From NCBI GenBank assembly GCA_964483665.1, contig CAZACP010000001.1, positions 6,358-70,357 of the forward strand: DNA of 64,000 nt, given 5' to 3'. Position 1 is the first letter of the stretch; each line of letters starts with the position of its first letter. The notes below the pieces were generated by a model. That model searched no databases, had not been told where the DNA came from, and saw only the letters and a program-made list of their open reading frames with translations. Origin of the DNA: an uncultured Candidatus Saccharibacteria bacterium (GTDB lineage Bacteria; Patescibacteriota; Doudnabacteria; UBA920). A program made the position numbers and the translations under genes. Below, piece by piece: positions 1 to 8,147 of the stretch.

Positions 1-318
1 AAAGCAAAACAGTATACTCAAAAAAAATTTACGGACTATTTAACGGGCATTGGAAAAAAAATCTTTTTGGACAAAGAGGCTTGGCCCGCGGCGCAGCAAT
101 TGGTATTGCAAATTATTGACAATAATTGGAGCGCGAATTTGGAGTTAATGGATGTTTTAAAAGAAGAGTCGAGCCTGTTTTCTTACGCAACGCAGGATCC
201 GCTTATGGATTTTATTTCCGAGGGGCGTAAGCTATTTACAGAAATGGGAAAGAATATAGAAAAGCAATTTGTCGCGGCAATTTTTTTAAGACTCGCCCAG
301 CAGGGAAAGATTGAGTAA
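1..318 (+). CDS. 3' part of a gene that starts upstream of the window; hypothetical protein
   Basis: Frame 1 is open from nt 1 into the listed 67..318 ORF; no recognisable family. Confidence 0.4.
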   Translation, partial: KAKQYTQKKFTDYLTGIGKKIFLDKEAWPAAQQLVLQIIDNNWSANLELMDVLKEESSLFSYATQDPLMDFISEGRKLFTEMGKNIEKQFVAAIFLRLAQQGKIE

Positions 319-469
319 AAAATGACAAAAATACAAATGCACTTGCAACTATACTTTTTTCATTTATGTCATTTTCGCCGTTTTTGTCATTAAGTCCGTT
401 AAGTAAATTGCTGTGTGGAAGAAAGGAGCAAATGTTGCAAAAGCAGCATTTTTTTTATATAATCCCTTT

Positions 470-754
470 ATGCTTACAAAAGAAGAAGTAGAGAAAATTG
501 CTGTTTTAGCCAGAATTGAACTTACCGAAAACGAGGTGGAAAAGTTTCAAAAAGACCTTTCCGCTGTTTTAGATTACGTGGAAGAGTTAAAAGAGGTGAA
601 TGTGGAAGGTTTGGAAGAGGTAAGCCAGGTAACTGGCTTAGTAAATGTCCAGAGAATGGACGTAGTGGTTGACCATGGAAATAGGGAAGAAATTTTTTCA
701 CAAGCGCCGGAAATGAAAGACGGGTATTTCAAAGTTAAAGCGATTTTGAATTAA
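470..754 (+). CDS. gatC: Asp/Glu-tRNA(Asn/Gln) amidotransferase subunit C
   Basis: MLTKEEVEKIAVLARIELTENEVEKFQKDLSAVLDYVEEL matches GatC; ~94 aa from the internal ATG at 470 (the listed ORF starts at 413); directly upstream of gatA and gatB. Confidence 0.8.
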   Translation: MLTKEEVEKIAVLARIELTENEVEKFQKDLSAVLDYVEELKEVNVEGLEEVSQVTGLVNVQRMDVVVDHGNREEIFSQAPEMKDGYFKVKAILN

Positions 755-856
755 ATAAAATTTGGAAATTAAGTAAAATTAAGTAAAATTTCAGTGCAGT
801 AATTTTTATTTAATTTTACTTAATTATGTTCAATTTTATTTAATATATTTTTAAAA
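755..856. repeat. Conserved AT-rich intergenic element, copy 1 (see 31355..31456); contains the inverted repeat aattaagtaaaatt / aattttacttaatt
   Basis: About 44 nt near-identical to the ftsE|ftsX spacer; ends immediately 5' of the gatA ATG. Confidence 0.7.
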
Positions 857-2347
857 ATGTCTGGCTTTGAATATAAAACTTTAAAAGAGTTACGTGCTTT
901 ATTAGATAGTAAGATGGTTTCGTCTGTAGAACTGACGAAATATTTTTTGTCGCGTATAAAAAATTTAGACAAAGACTTAAACAGTTTTGTTACGGTGTCC
1001 GAAGAAGAAGCTTTAAAAAATGCCAAGGAAGCAGACGAATTCATAAATTCGCCGGGTGAGAATCCTTTTTTATGCGGAATACCATATGCCAGTAAGGACT
1101 TGTTTAATACCAAAGGCATACGGACAACTGCCAGCAGTAAAATTTTAGACAATTTTTTACCGCCATTTGACGCGACGGTAACAAAAAAATTAAAAGAACA
1201 AAAATCTGTTTTATTGGGAAAGACTAATTTAGACGAATTTGCCCACGGCTCCAGCACTGAAACTTCCGCTTACGGGGCTTCTCATAACCCGTGGGATAAA
1301 AATCGAATACCGGGCGGAAGCAGCGGAGGCAGTACAGCCGCGGTAGCCGGAGGGCTTACTCCGTGGGCAACAGCCACTGAAACCGGCGGCAGTATTCGCC
1401 AGCCGGCCAGTCTTTGCGGGGTAAGCGGCTGGAAGCCGACTTACGGCCGGGTAAGCCGCTACGGCGTAATTGCTATGGGTTCTTCCCTCGACTGTCCGGG
1501 CGCAGTTGCTTACACTGTGGAAGACTTGGCTCATTTGGCAGAAATTATGTCGGGACACGACGAACAAGATTCAACTACCAGTCCTATACAAGTTCCCGCT
1601 TACCATAAAAATTTAAATAAAGATATTTCAGGTTTAACTTTAGGTGTTCCCAAGCAATATTTTGTTGACGGAATGGAAGACGGCGTGAGGGAAAAAGTTT
1701 TAGACGCTATTAAGCATTTAGAAAAACTCGGAGCTAAAATAAAAGAGGTAGATTTGCCGAATACCAAATACGGCTCTTTGGTATACGCCATAATTTGTCC
1801 TTCAGAAGTTTCTTCCAATTTAGCCCGCTTTGACGGAATACGTTATGGTCATTCTGCCAAGGATGCTAAAACTTTGCTTGAAACTTACCAAAAAAGCCGG
1901 GGCGAGGGTTTTGGCACCGAATCCAAGCGCAGGATTTTAACCGGCACTTATGTGCTTTCCGCCGGATATTTTGACGCTTACTACCGAAAGGCGCAAAAAG
2001 TCAGGAGACTTATTATAAATGAATTTAACAGCGTTTTTAAAGAAGTAGATGCTTTAATATGTCCTTCTTCGCCGAATGTAGCGGTAAAAATTGGCGGCGC
2101 AAAAGAAAATCCGCTTTTTGGCTATATTGCCGACCAGTTAAATATCCCTTCTTCGCTCGCGGGTTTACCCGCTCTTTCGGTTCCTTGCGGTTTTGCTCGT
2201 CCGAGCGATGGCGAGTCGCCAAGTATGGACGGTTTGCCGGTTGGTCTTCAAATAATCGGTCCGCAGTGGGGAGAGCAGACAATATTTAACATAGGCTACG
2301 CTTACCAGCAGGAAACGGATTGGCATAGGAAACACCCTGGGGTTTAA
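857..2347 (+). CDS. gatA: Glu-tRNA(Gln) amidotransferase subunit A (amidase family)
   Basis: Amidase signature GGSSGGSTAAVAGG and the catalytic Ser-cisSer-Lys context; 496 aa; gatCAB order. Confidence 0.95.
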   Translation: MSGFEYKTLKELRALLDSKMVSSVELTKYFLSRIKNLDKDLNSFVTVSEEEALKNAKEADEFINSPGENPFLCGIPYASKDLFNTKGIRTTASSKILDNFLPPFDATVTKKLKEQKSVLLGKTNLDEFAHGSSTETSAYGASHNPWDKNRIPGGSSGGSTAAVAGGLTPWATATETGGSIRQPASLCGVSGWKPTYGRVSRYGVIAMGSSLDCPGAVAYTVEDLAHLAEIMSGHDEQDSTTSPIQVPAYHKNLNKDISGLTLGVPKQYFVDGMEDGVREKVLDAIKHLEKLGAKIKEVDLPNTKYGSLVYAIICPSEVSSNLARFDGIRYGHSAKDAKTLLETYQKSRGEGFGTESKRRILTGTYVLSAGYFDAYYRKAQKVRRLIINEFNSVFKEVDALICPSSPNVAVKIGGAKENPLFGYIADQLNIPSSLAGLPALSVPCGFARPSDGESPSMDGLPVGLQIIGPQWGEQTIFNIGYAYQQETDWHRKHPGV

Positions 2348-2386
2348 TTTTAAATTTTAAATTTAAAATTTTAATTTGGAAACCCA

Positions 2387-2752
2387 ATGAACACTTTAAG
2401 CTATGATTTGGAAGAACGGACAGCAAAGTTTGGAGAAAGTATTTTAAAATTTTGCAAGTTTTTAAAAAGAGATGTTGTTTTAAATCCTCTTATTTCGCAA
2501 ATTGTAAGATCGTCAACTAGCATCGGGGCTAATTACATGGAAGCAAATGGAGCAAGCTCAAAAAAAGATTTTATTAATAAAATTTATATTTGTAAAAAAG
2601 AATTACAAGAGACAAAACATTGGCTTAGGATGATTGTCGCTTATGTTCCTGAAAATAGAAATGAAATTGTAGTATTATGGAAGGAAGCAAATGAACTCTC
2701 TATGATTTTTAGTAAAATTGCTTATACTTCAAGGCAGAATGCAGAAAATTGA
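2387..2752 (+). CDS. Four-helix-bundle protein (formerly 23S rRNA intervening-sequence protein family)
   Basis: 121 aa; the SIGANYMEA...KHWLRM motif pattern is typical of the TIGR02436 family; inserted between gatA and gatB; flanked by tttaaaattt-type word repeats. Confidence 0.7.
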   Translation: MNTLSYDLEERTAKFGESILKFCKFLKRDVVLNPLISQIVRSSTSIGANYMEANGASSKKDFINKIYICKKELQETKHWLRMIVAYVPENRNEIVVLWKEANELSMIFSKIAYTSRQNAEN

Positions 2753-2778
2753 AATTTAAAATTTAGAATTTAAAATTT

Positions 2779-4362
2779 GTGAAAATATTTCCATCATCAG
2801 CCGAATATAGGCCTGTAATTGGATTTGAAATCCATATACAGCTGGCAACTAAGTCTAAAATGTTTGGCCGCGCGGCCAATAATCCCGACCAGAAAGAACC
2901 AAATACAGACATAGACGAGGTTAATACCGGCCAGCCGGGAACTTTGCCGGTGGCCAACAAGGAAGCTATACGCCTTGCGGCCATGGTGGGTCTTGCTTTA
3001 AATTGCCAAATTGATGAATGGAGCAAGTTTGACCGAAAGCACTATTTTTATCCTGACTTGCCCAAAGGCTACCAAATTTCGCAGTATGATAAGCCTATTA
3101 GCAGAGATGGGTATCTTGATCTGGTGATAACCCCCTCATCCGTCCCGACTAAAGTCGGGACACCTTCTCCCTCAAGGGGAGAAGGTGATAATGTTATCCG
3201 CAAGCGGATACATATAACACGTGCTCATTTGGAAGAAGATGCGGGGAAAAATATTCACCCGGAGGGCTTGCCTTATTCATTAGTCGATTATAATAGAGCC
3301 GGCGCTCCGCTTTTAGAAATTGTTACAGAGCCAGAGCTGGAGAGCGGGGAAGACGCAAAAGCTTTTTTAACCGAGCTTAGAAACATTGTCCGGTACCTTG
3401 GCGCCAGCAGCTGCGATATGGAAAAAGGCACAATGCGGGTTGAACCGAACATTAGCGTTAGAAAACCCGGCGAAACCGGTTTGCCAAATTATAAAGTTGA
3501 AGTAAAAAATATTAACAGCATAAAATTTGCCCAGGCTGCCATAGACTACGAAATTGCCCGGCAGATAGAAATTTTAAAAGAAGGCGGCACACCCAAGCAG
3601 GTAACTATGGGTTGGGACGAAAAAAATAGCCGCACGGTTGAGCAGCGTTCTAAAGAAGAAGCCAATGACTATAGGTATTTTCCGGATCCGGATTTGCCGG
3701 TTTTGCAGTTTACTAAAGAGTATTTGGAAGACTTAAAAAATAGAATGCCCGAATTGCCCGCGCAAAAAAGAGCTAGGTTTTTAGAAGAGTTTGGTTTGCC
3801 ACAAGCCGATGTAGAGAATTTAATAAATTGGAAAGAACTTGCCAGCTATTTTGAAGATGTGGTTAGTGAAATAGATGAATGGTGGTCTCAGTTTTATCCT
3901 ATGAATTTATCAACAAAAGAAGTTCATAAACAGAACCGTGAGACTTATATAAAAAGAGCTGCTAATTGGTGTCTGCAAGATTTTAGCGCGCTATTGAATG
4001 AAAAAGGTATTAATCCGATGGATAGCAAGATAACTCCGGAAAATTTTGCAGAATTAATTTTTATGTTCCAGGGAAATAAGATATCTATTACTGCTGCCAA
4101 ACAAGTATTTAAAGTAATGTTTGAAAAAGGCGGTGAGCCGGATAATATTGTTGCGGATTTAGGTTTAGAGCAAACTTCAGACGAAGGCGCTATTTCGGCA
4201 GCAATAGACAAGGTCATCACCGCAAATTCAAAAGCAGTGGCAGACTATAAAGCTGGGCAGGAAAAGAGCTTTGGCTTTTTAGTCGGACAGGCTATGAAAG
4301 AACTTAAAGGCAAAGGGAACCCGGGGGTTATAAACGACATTCTAAAAAAGAAATTGATATAG
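2779..4362 (+). CDS. gatB: Asp/Glu-tRNA amidotransferase subunit B, carrying an in-frame repeat-element insertion
   Basis: GTG start; VIGFEIHIQL...RAHLEEDAGK...DYRYFPDPDLP are GatB hallmarks; about 19 extra residues (TPSSVPTKVGTPSPSRGEG) relative to the usual loop. Confidence 0.95.
   Translation: MKIFPSSAEYRPVIGFEIHIQLATKSKMFGRAANNPDQKEPNTDIDEVNTGQPGTLPVANKEAIRLAAMVGLALNCQIDEWSKFDRKHYFYPDLPKGYQISQYDKPISRDGYLDLVITPSSVPTKVGTPSPSRGEGDNVIRKRIHITRAHLEEDAGKNIHPEGLPYSLVDYNRAGAPLLEIVTEPELESGEDAKAFLTELRNIVRYLGASSCDMEKGTMRVEPNISVRKPGETGLPNYKVEVKNINSIKFAQAAIDYEIARQIEILKEGGTPKQVTMGWDEKNSRTVEQRSKEEANDYRYFPDPDLPVLQFTKEYLEDLKNRMPELPAQKRARFLEEFGLPQADVENLINWKELASYFEDVVSEIDEWWSQFYPMNLSTKEVHKQNRETYIKRAANWCLQDFSALLNEKGINPMDSKITPENFAELIFMFQGNKISITAAKQVFKVMFEKGGEPDNIVADLGLEQTSDEGAISAAIDKVITANSKAVADYKAGQEKSFGFLVGQAMKELKGKGNPGVINDILKKKLI
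3130..3186 (+). repeat. MITE-like hairpin element inside the gatB coding sequence, in frame
   Basis: ccccctcatccg + gtcccgac-taaa-gtcgggac + caccttctccc-tcaa-ggggagaagg; same architecture as the copies at 33136 and 33537. Confidence 0.8.
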
Positions 4363-4500
4363 TGTCGTCCCGGAATTTTTAAGGGCTGTTAAAATATCCG
4401 GGATCTAGATATTAGAAATTAAACAATAAAATTTAAAGGCTCACTCGAGTGAGCCTTTAAAAATGGCAAAATAAAACCCCTAGTTTAGGGTGGGGTAAAA

Positions 4501-4537
4501 AAAATGTGCCGCCCCGGAAATGCTCGTCGGGGCGGCT
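4501..4537 (-). terminator. Rho-independent terminator for the minus-strand orphan gene
   Basis: gccgccccg...cggggcggc stem followed by a T-run on the minus strand. Confidence 0.6.
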
Positions 4538-4542
4538 GGTGG

Positions 4543-4881
4543 TTATTCGCGTGGCCTGCGAGGCCGGTTAGGCGGTTGATAGCGGCGATCCTTGTATGGA
4601 TCGTCTTTATGCAGCCAGCCGTGAAAGCCTTCTAACCCGTAAATTGAAGGGGGACTGACGTCTTGAGGGTACGACGGGGTTGCGGTTTCGGAAGAACCGC
4701 CGAAGAGCTCAGTTGTCTCTTCTGCGCCGGTCATGAACGGAATTCCTTGGCTTGGGTCGGGTACGAACCCTAACCCTCCAGAAAAAGGCATATTGTGGCT
4801 TGTTCGAGTTGGCGGGTTTCCTAGACCCATAAACCCTTCCATAATTTCATCATGGTTTGCGATAGTTAAACAGTGTGCCAT
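4543..4881 (-). CDS. Orphan G+C-rich small protein (Pro/Gly/Ser-rich, basic C-terminal tail)
   Basis: Only long ORF in a visibly GC-rich patch; perfect SD ggaggaaagtgATG; no family recognised. Confidence 0.45.
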   Translation of the reverse strand: MAHCLTIANHDEIMEGFMGLGNPPTRTSHNMPFSGGLGFVPDPSQGIPFMTGAEETTELFGGSSETATPSYPQDVSPPSIYGLEGFHGWLHKDDPYKDRRYQPPNRPRRPRE

Positions 4882-5175
4882 CACTTTCCTCCTCTCCGGG
4901 GAAGTATAAAAAATTACAGAGAGAGAGTCAACTATTCACAGATACACAGATAATATGCAGATTGCACAGATAAGCATATTGTCATTCCGAGCGGAGCGAG
5001 GAATCGCTTCGCGATTGTTTATTAACAAGTTTTAGTATTACCGAAAGTTAAGGGATCCTTCGACTCCTCGACAATTTTAATCTAAAAATTGTCTCGTTGC
5101 TCAGGATTACAAAACATGTTGAGATTGGTTATATTTTTACCTATTTTATACCTTAATTTTTTGATTAGAAATAAC

Positions 5176-5218
5176 AAACGCCGCGGTGTAAACCTCCAGG
5201 TTCCGCAGCGTTTTTTTG
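5176..5218. terminator. Bidirectional hairpin terminator
   Basis: aaacgccgcgg...ccgcagcgttt stem with T-runs on both sides. Confidence 0.5.
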
Positions 5219-5233
5219 TTGTTCAAGGACAAG

Positions 5234-5452
5234 TTAATCCTCATCTTCATCATCGCTTTCATCGAGAGGGCAGTCGGTGCACCGGCCGCTTCCACAACAC
5301 CCGTGAGCTTCGAGGTATTCGTTATAAAGTTTGAGAATTTTATCTATATGGTAGGTACCATCTTTTAACCTTCCTTCTGCTAAGGCTTTCTTTGCCCAAG
5401 CTTCTGCCATGAAGTGGCTACCACCGGTAATGATCATGAGCCTCCTTTTCAT
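5234..5452 (-). CDS. Small Cys-rich protein with acidic tail (HGCCGSGRCTDCPLDESDDEDED); unknown function
   Basis: Starts 9 nt after the miaA stop on the same strand, so probably co-transcribed; aaggaggctcATG SD at the second Met. Confidence 0.5.
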   Translation of the reverse strand: MKRRLMIITGGSHFMAEAWAKKALAEGRLKDGTYHIDKILKLYNEYLEAHGCCGSGRCTDCPLDESDDEDED

Positions 5453-5461
5453 GATACCTTA

Positions 5462-6472
5462 TCATTTTCCTAAAAATTTTTCAACCGGCTTTGCGGTTTT
5501 TGAAAAGTCGGGCGGAAGCCAAATTATTTGTTTACTCTTTCTCCACCACGTAAGTTGGCGTTTTGAATAATGTTTTATGGCGAAAAGCAATTGCGTGAAC
5601 ATTTCATCGTAAGTTAGCTTTTTTTGCAGATACAAAGAAATAAATCGGTATTCAAGGCCAAAACTATTTAAACGTTTCCAAGATAAACCTCTCCCACCTC
5701 TCGCATTCGCTCGAGGCACCCTCTCCATGCTTTGGAGAGGGTGATTGTGTAGGTCTGCGACTTCTTTTATTATTCCTTGCTTAAAGCGCTCTTTAAGGCG
5801 TTTTTCTATTTTTTTATATAAATCTTTTTGATTGGTTTTTATGCCGAGCCATAAAGTAGGGTAGAGGGTAGAGGGCTGGGGCTTGAGTGGGGAAATGGGT
5901 TTTTTTGTTGCCTCGATGATTTCTAACGCGCGGATTAAGCGTCGTTTGTTGAATCTATCAGTGGTACTTGCCCGAGCTGGATCAAGTTTTGCAAGCTGTT
6001 TGTAAAGTTCTTCAGCAGATTTTTTTTCTAAAGCTGCGCGGAGTTTTTTGTTGGGTTTAACATCCGGGAGTTTTTGGTTATAAACGACCGCGTCTATCCA
6101 ATGAGCGGTTCCGCCACATAGAATAGGCAGTTTGCCTCTTTTTAAAACAGCAGAAATTGCTTTTTGCGCGTCCTTCTTAAAAAGCGCGGCAGAGAATTGT
6201 TTTTTTGGGTTTACGTAGTCTATGCAGTGGTGAAAAACGCCTTTGTATCTGTAAAACGCACGGCCGTGTGTTTTTACGGAAATCCATTTGCCCGGGATCT
6301 TGCCCGTGCCTAAATTAAGTCCTTTATAAATTTGCCGGCTGTCTGCGGAAATTATTTCACCGTTAAAACGCTTTGCTAGTTTTACTGCCAGTTCACTTTT
6401 GCCCGAAGAGGTAGGGCCAACAAGTACTAAAATTTTAGATTTTAGATTTAAGATTTTAGATTTTGAAAACAT
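5462..6472 (-). CDS. miaA: tRNA dimethylallyltransferase
   Basis: P-loop GPTSSGKSELAVKLA...IISADSRQIYKGL; the N-terminal SKSKILNLKSKIL is encoded by the tttagattttag word repeat. Confidence 0.9.
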   Translation of the reverse strand: MFSKSKILNLKSKILVLVGPTSSGKSELAVKLAKRFNGEIISADSRQIYKGLNLGTGKIPGKWISVKTHGRAFYRYKGVFHHCIDYVNPKKQFSAALFKKDAQKAISAVLKRGKLPILCGGTAHWIDAVVYNQKLPDVKPNKKLRAALEKKSAEELYKQLAKLDPARASTTDRFNKRRLIRALEIIEATKKPISPLKPQPSTLYPTLWLGIKTNQKDLYKKIEKRLKERFKQGIIKEVADLHNHPLQSMERVPRANARGGRGLSWKRLNSFGLEYRFISLYLQKKLTYDEMFTQLLFAIKHYSKRQLTWWRKSKQIIWLPPDFSKTAKPVEKFLGK

Positions 6473-6659
6473 TACTAAATCAGTTGCTAAAATTCGACAT
6501 GTTACTTATAGAGTTTTTGTTCAATAAAAGTTTAATGTTTTTTTGTTGTCAATTTTTTACCCGCGTGCTTAGTTTGTAATATTAAAGAACGGCTGTGAAC
6601 GCGCATGCGTGGGCGCTTTTTTTGTTCTCGTTTTTTGGCTTTGGTTAGATACTCGTCTA

Positions 6660-6691
6660 AAATTCGTTTTTTCATGGTTTTGTGGTATAAT
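6660..6691 (+). promoter_or_regulatory. Candidate extended -10 promoter (tgg-tataat)
   Basis: tgtggtataat at 6681-6691, about 100 nt upstream of the 6799 start. Confidence 0.35.
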
Positions 6692-6798
6692 TTAGCTACA
6701 GAATAATAAATTTATACACTACCGATACCTACAGAAACTTTAAAGCATTGACATTGCATAATATTGTAAATTTATCTCTAAAATTAAAAATTACACTT

Positions 6799-7314
6799 AT
6801 GAAAAAATTCACATACATTATTCTTGCCTTAATAATTATAGCAGGGGGCTACTATTTTTACGATACGTACAGGAAAGCAGATTTTGTAAAAGTTGAAGAT
6901 TTGCAGCAATCTCCCACAACGCCCAACGCACCAACACCGACTCCCACAAAAGAGTCTGTAGCAACTCCGACACCTAAAACTAACCAAGGCGGCGGGACTT
7001 TTTCCTCGGGTGAGGAGAATGTAGACGGAGGTTCAAGCGTCCAGGTTTTAGAGGTGGTTTTTGACGGCAATGCTTTTAGCCCTAGTTCGTTAAATATAAA
7101 TGTTAATGACTGGGTATTTTTTAAAAACGCTTCAGATTCAGATTTATGGGTAGCCTCCGACACTCACCCCAGCCATACCGGCTACGCGGGGTTTGATTCT
7201 AAGAAAAAAATAGCCAAGGGCGGGACTTACAAATTTGAATTTACCAAAGCAGGAACTTTTGGTTTTCATAATAATTTAAATCACGAGCAAAAAGGTAGTA
7301 TAAACGTTAAATAG
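6799..7314 (+). CDS. Membrane-anchored secreted protein with a Pro/Thr-rich linker and a cupredoxin-like beta-sandwich domain
   Basis: MKKFTYIILALIIIAGG signal/anchor; PTTPNAPTPTPT linker; C-terminal FEFTKAGTFGFHNNLNH resembles a plastocyanin-like fold but lacks the Cys ligand. Confidence 0.5.
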   Translation: MKKFTYIILALIIIAGGYYFYDTYRKADFVKVEDLQQSPTTPNAPTPTPTKESVATPTPKTNQGGGTFSSGEENVDGGSSVQVLEVVFDGNAFSPSSLNINVNDWVFFKNASDSDLWVASDTHPSHTGYAGFDSKKKIAKGGTYKFEFTKAGTFGFHNNLNHEQKGSINVK

Positions 7315-7320
7315 AAATTA

Positions 7321-8130
7321 ATGCACTGGAATATTTTTGGCCATAATCATGTAAAAAGAATTTTAGAACTACAAATAAAGTCCGGGGTTTTTTCCCATAC
7401 CTATTTATTTTTAGGCTCGGAAAGTTTGGGCAAGAAAAGTTTGGCTTTTGATTTTGCCAAAGAAATTTTAAAAACCGAGAAGCTGGAAAACCATCCGGAT
7501 TTTGTTTTTTTGGACGAAAGCAATATTTCCATAGAAAGGTTAAGGGAGTTTATGGAAAATTTAAGTCTAAGGCCTTTTTTAGGAAACCGCAAAGTGGCGG
7601 TTATAAATAACGCCGAGAATTTAAATATTCAAAGTCAGAACGCGCTGTTAAAAACGCTGGAAGAGCCTTCCAAATCTACTGTGGTTATTTTAATTTCTTC
7701 AAAGCCGCTTTTGCCCACAATTATGTCTAGGTGCCAAATTTTTAGGTTTAACAGGTTTAGCGAAAGGCAGATGAGCGAATTCTTAGCCGACTTAAAGCTA
7801 ACTCCTAGCCAGGAAAGTTTACATAGTGCGTTTGGCATGCCGGGAAAAGTTATTTCTCCCGACGCCAATTTTGCTGAAGGGGAAAATTCCTGGCAGGAAG
7901 TTAAAACTTTAACCAGAGCGGAAAAATTAGCCCGTATAACGAAATGGTCGGAGAATGAAAGCGAAGATTTGGTTAAAATGTTTGAAATGTTTTCGCGCGT
8001 CGAAATATTGAGCTTAAAGCAAGAGCCAAAAAATTTTCGCAATGTGAATCTGCTTTTACAGGCCGCAGGGGCTTTAAAAAAGAATTTTAACAAAAAATTA
8101 GTTTTGCAAACCCTTTTTTTAAATTTATAA
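7321..8130 (+). CDS. holB: DNA polymerase III delta-prime subunit
   Basis: AAA+ clamp-loader features HTYLFLGSESLGKKSLA, ...LKTLEEP... and the SRC motif. Confidence 0.8.
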   Translation: MHWNIFGHNHVKRILELQIKSGVFSHTYLFLGSESLGKKSLAFDFAKEILKTEKLENHPDFVFLDESNISIERLREFMENLSLRPFLGNRKVAVINNAENLNIQSQNALLKTLEEPSKSTVVILISSKPLLPTIMSRCQIFRFNRFSERQMSEFLADLKLTPSQESLHSAFGMPGKVISPDANFAEGENSWQEVKTLTRAEKLARITKWSENESEDLVKMFEMFSRVEILSLKQEPKNFRNVNLLLQAAGALKKNFNKKLVLQTLFLNL

Positions 8131-8147
8131 AATTTTAAAATAAAAAC

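Noticed and set aside
820-1567. Minus-strand ORFs 820..1257 and 1229..1567, and the many other antisense or overlapping ORFs in the track (for example 13115..13843, 15870..16271, 22407..22826, 49849..50106, 55942..56220, 59322..59756)
   Set aside because: They lie fully inside well-supported genes on the opposite strand. They show no independent signal (no start context, no family resemblance). They are the usual shadow ORFs of AT-rich coding DNA.
4500-4890. GC-rich patches (4500-4890, 50250-50860, 53230-53600) as tmRNA, RNase P RNA, SRP RNA or tRNA genes
   Set aside because: I could not find the RNase P blocks GGAAAGUCCGG, GGGUGAAA or ACAGAACCCGGCUUA. I found no tmRNA ends and no canonical T-loop (GGTTCGAATCC-type). 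Each patch contains a long ORF with a perfect SD and ATG or GTG, so protein-coding is the more economical reading. An Infernal scan would settle it.
6425-6470. tttagattttag repeat inside the miaA 5' end as a separate intergenic feature
   Set aside because: It is in frame and contiguous with the ORF. Whether the true start lies downstream of it cannot be decided without N-terminal data. It is noted under miaA instead.
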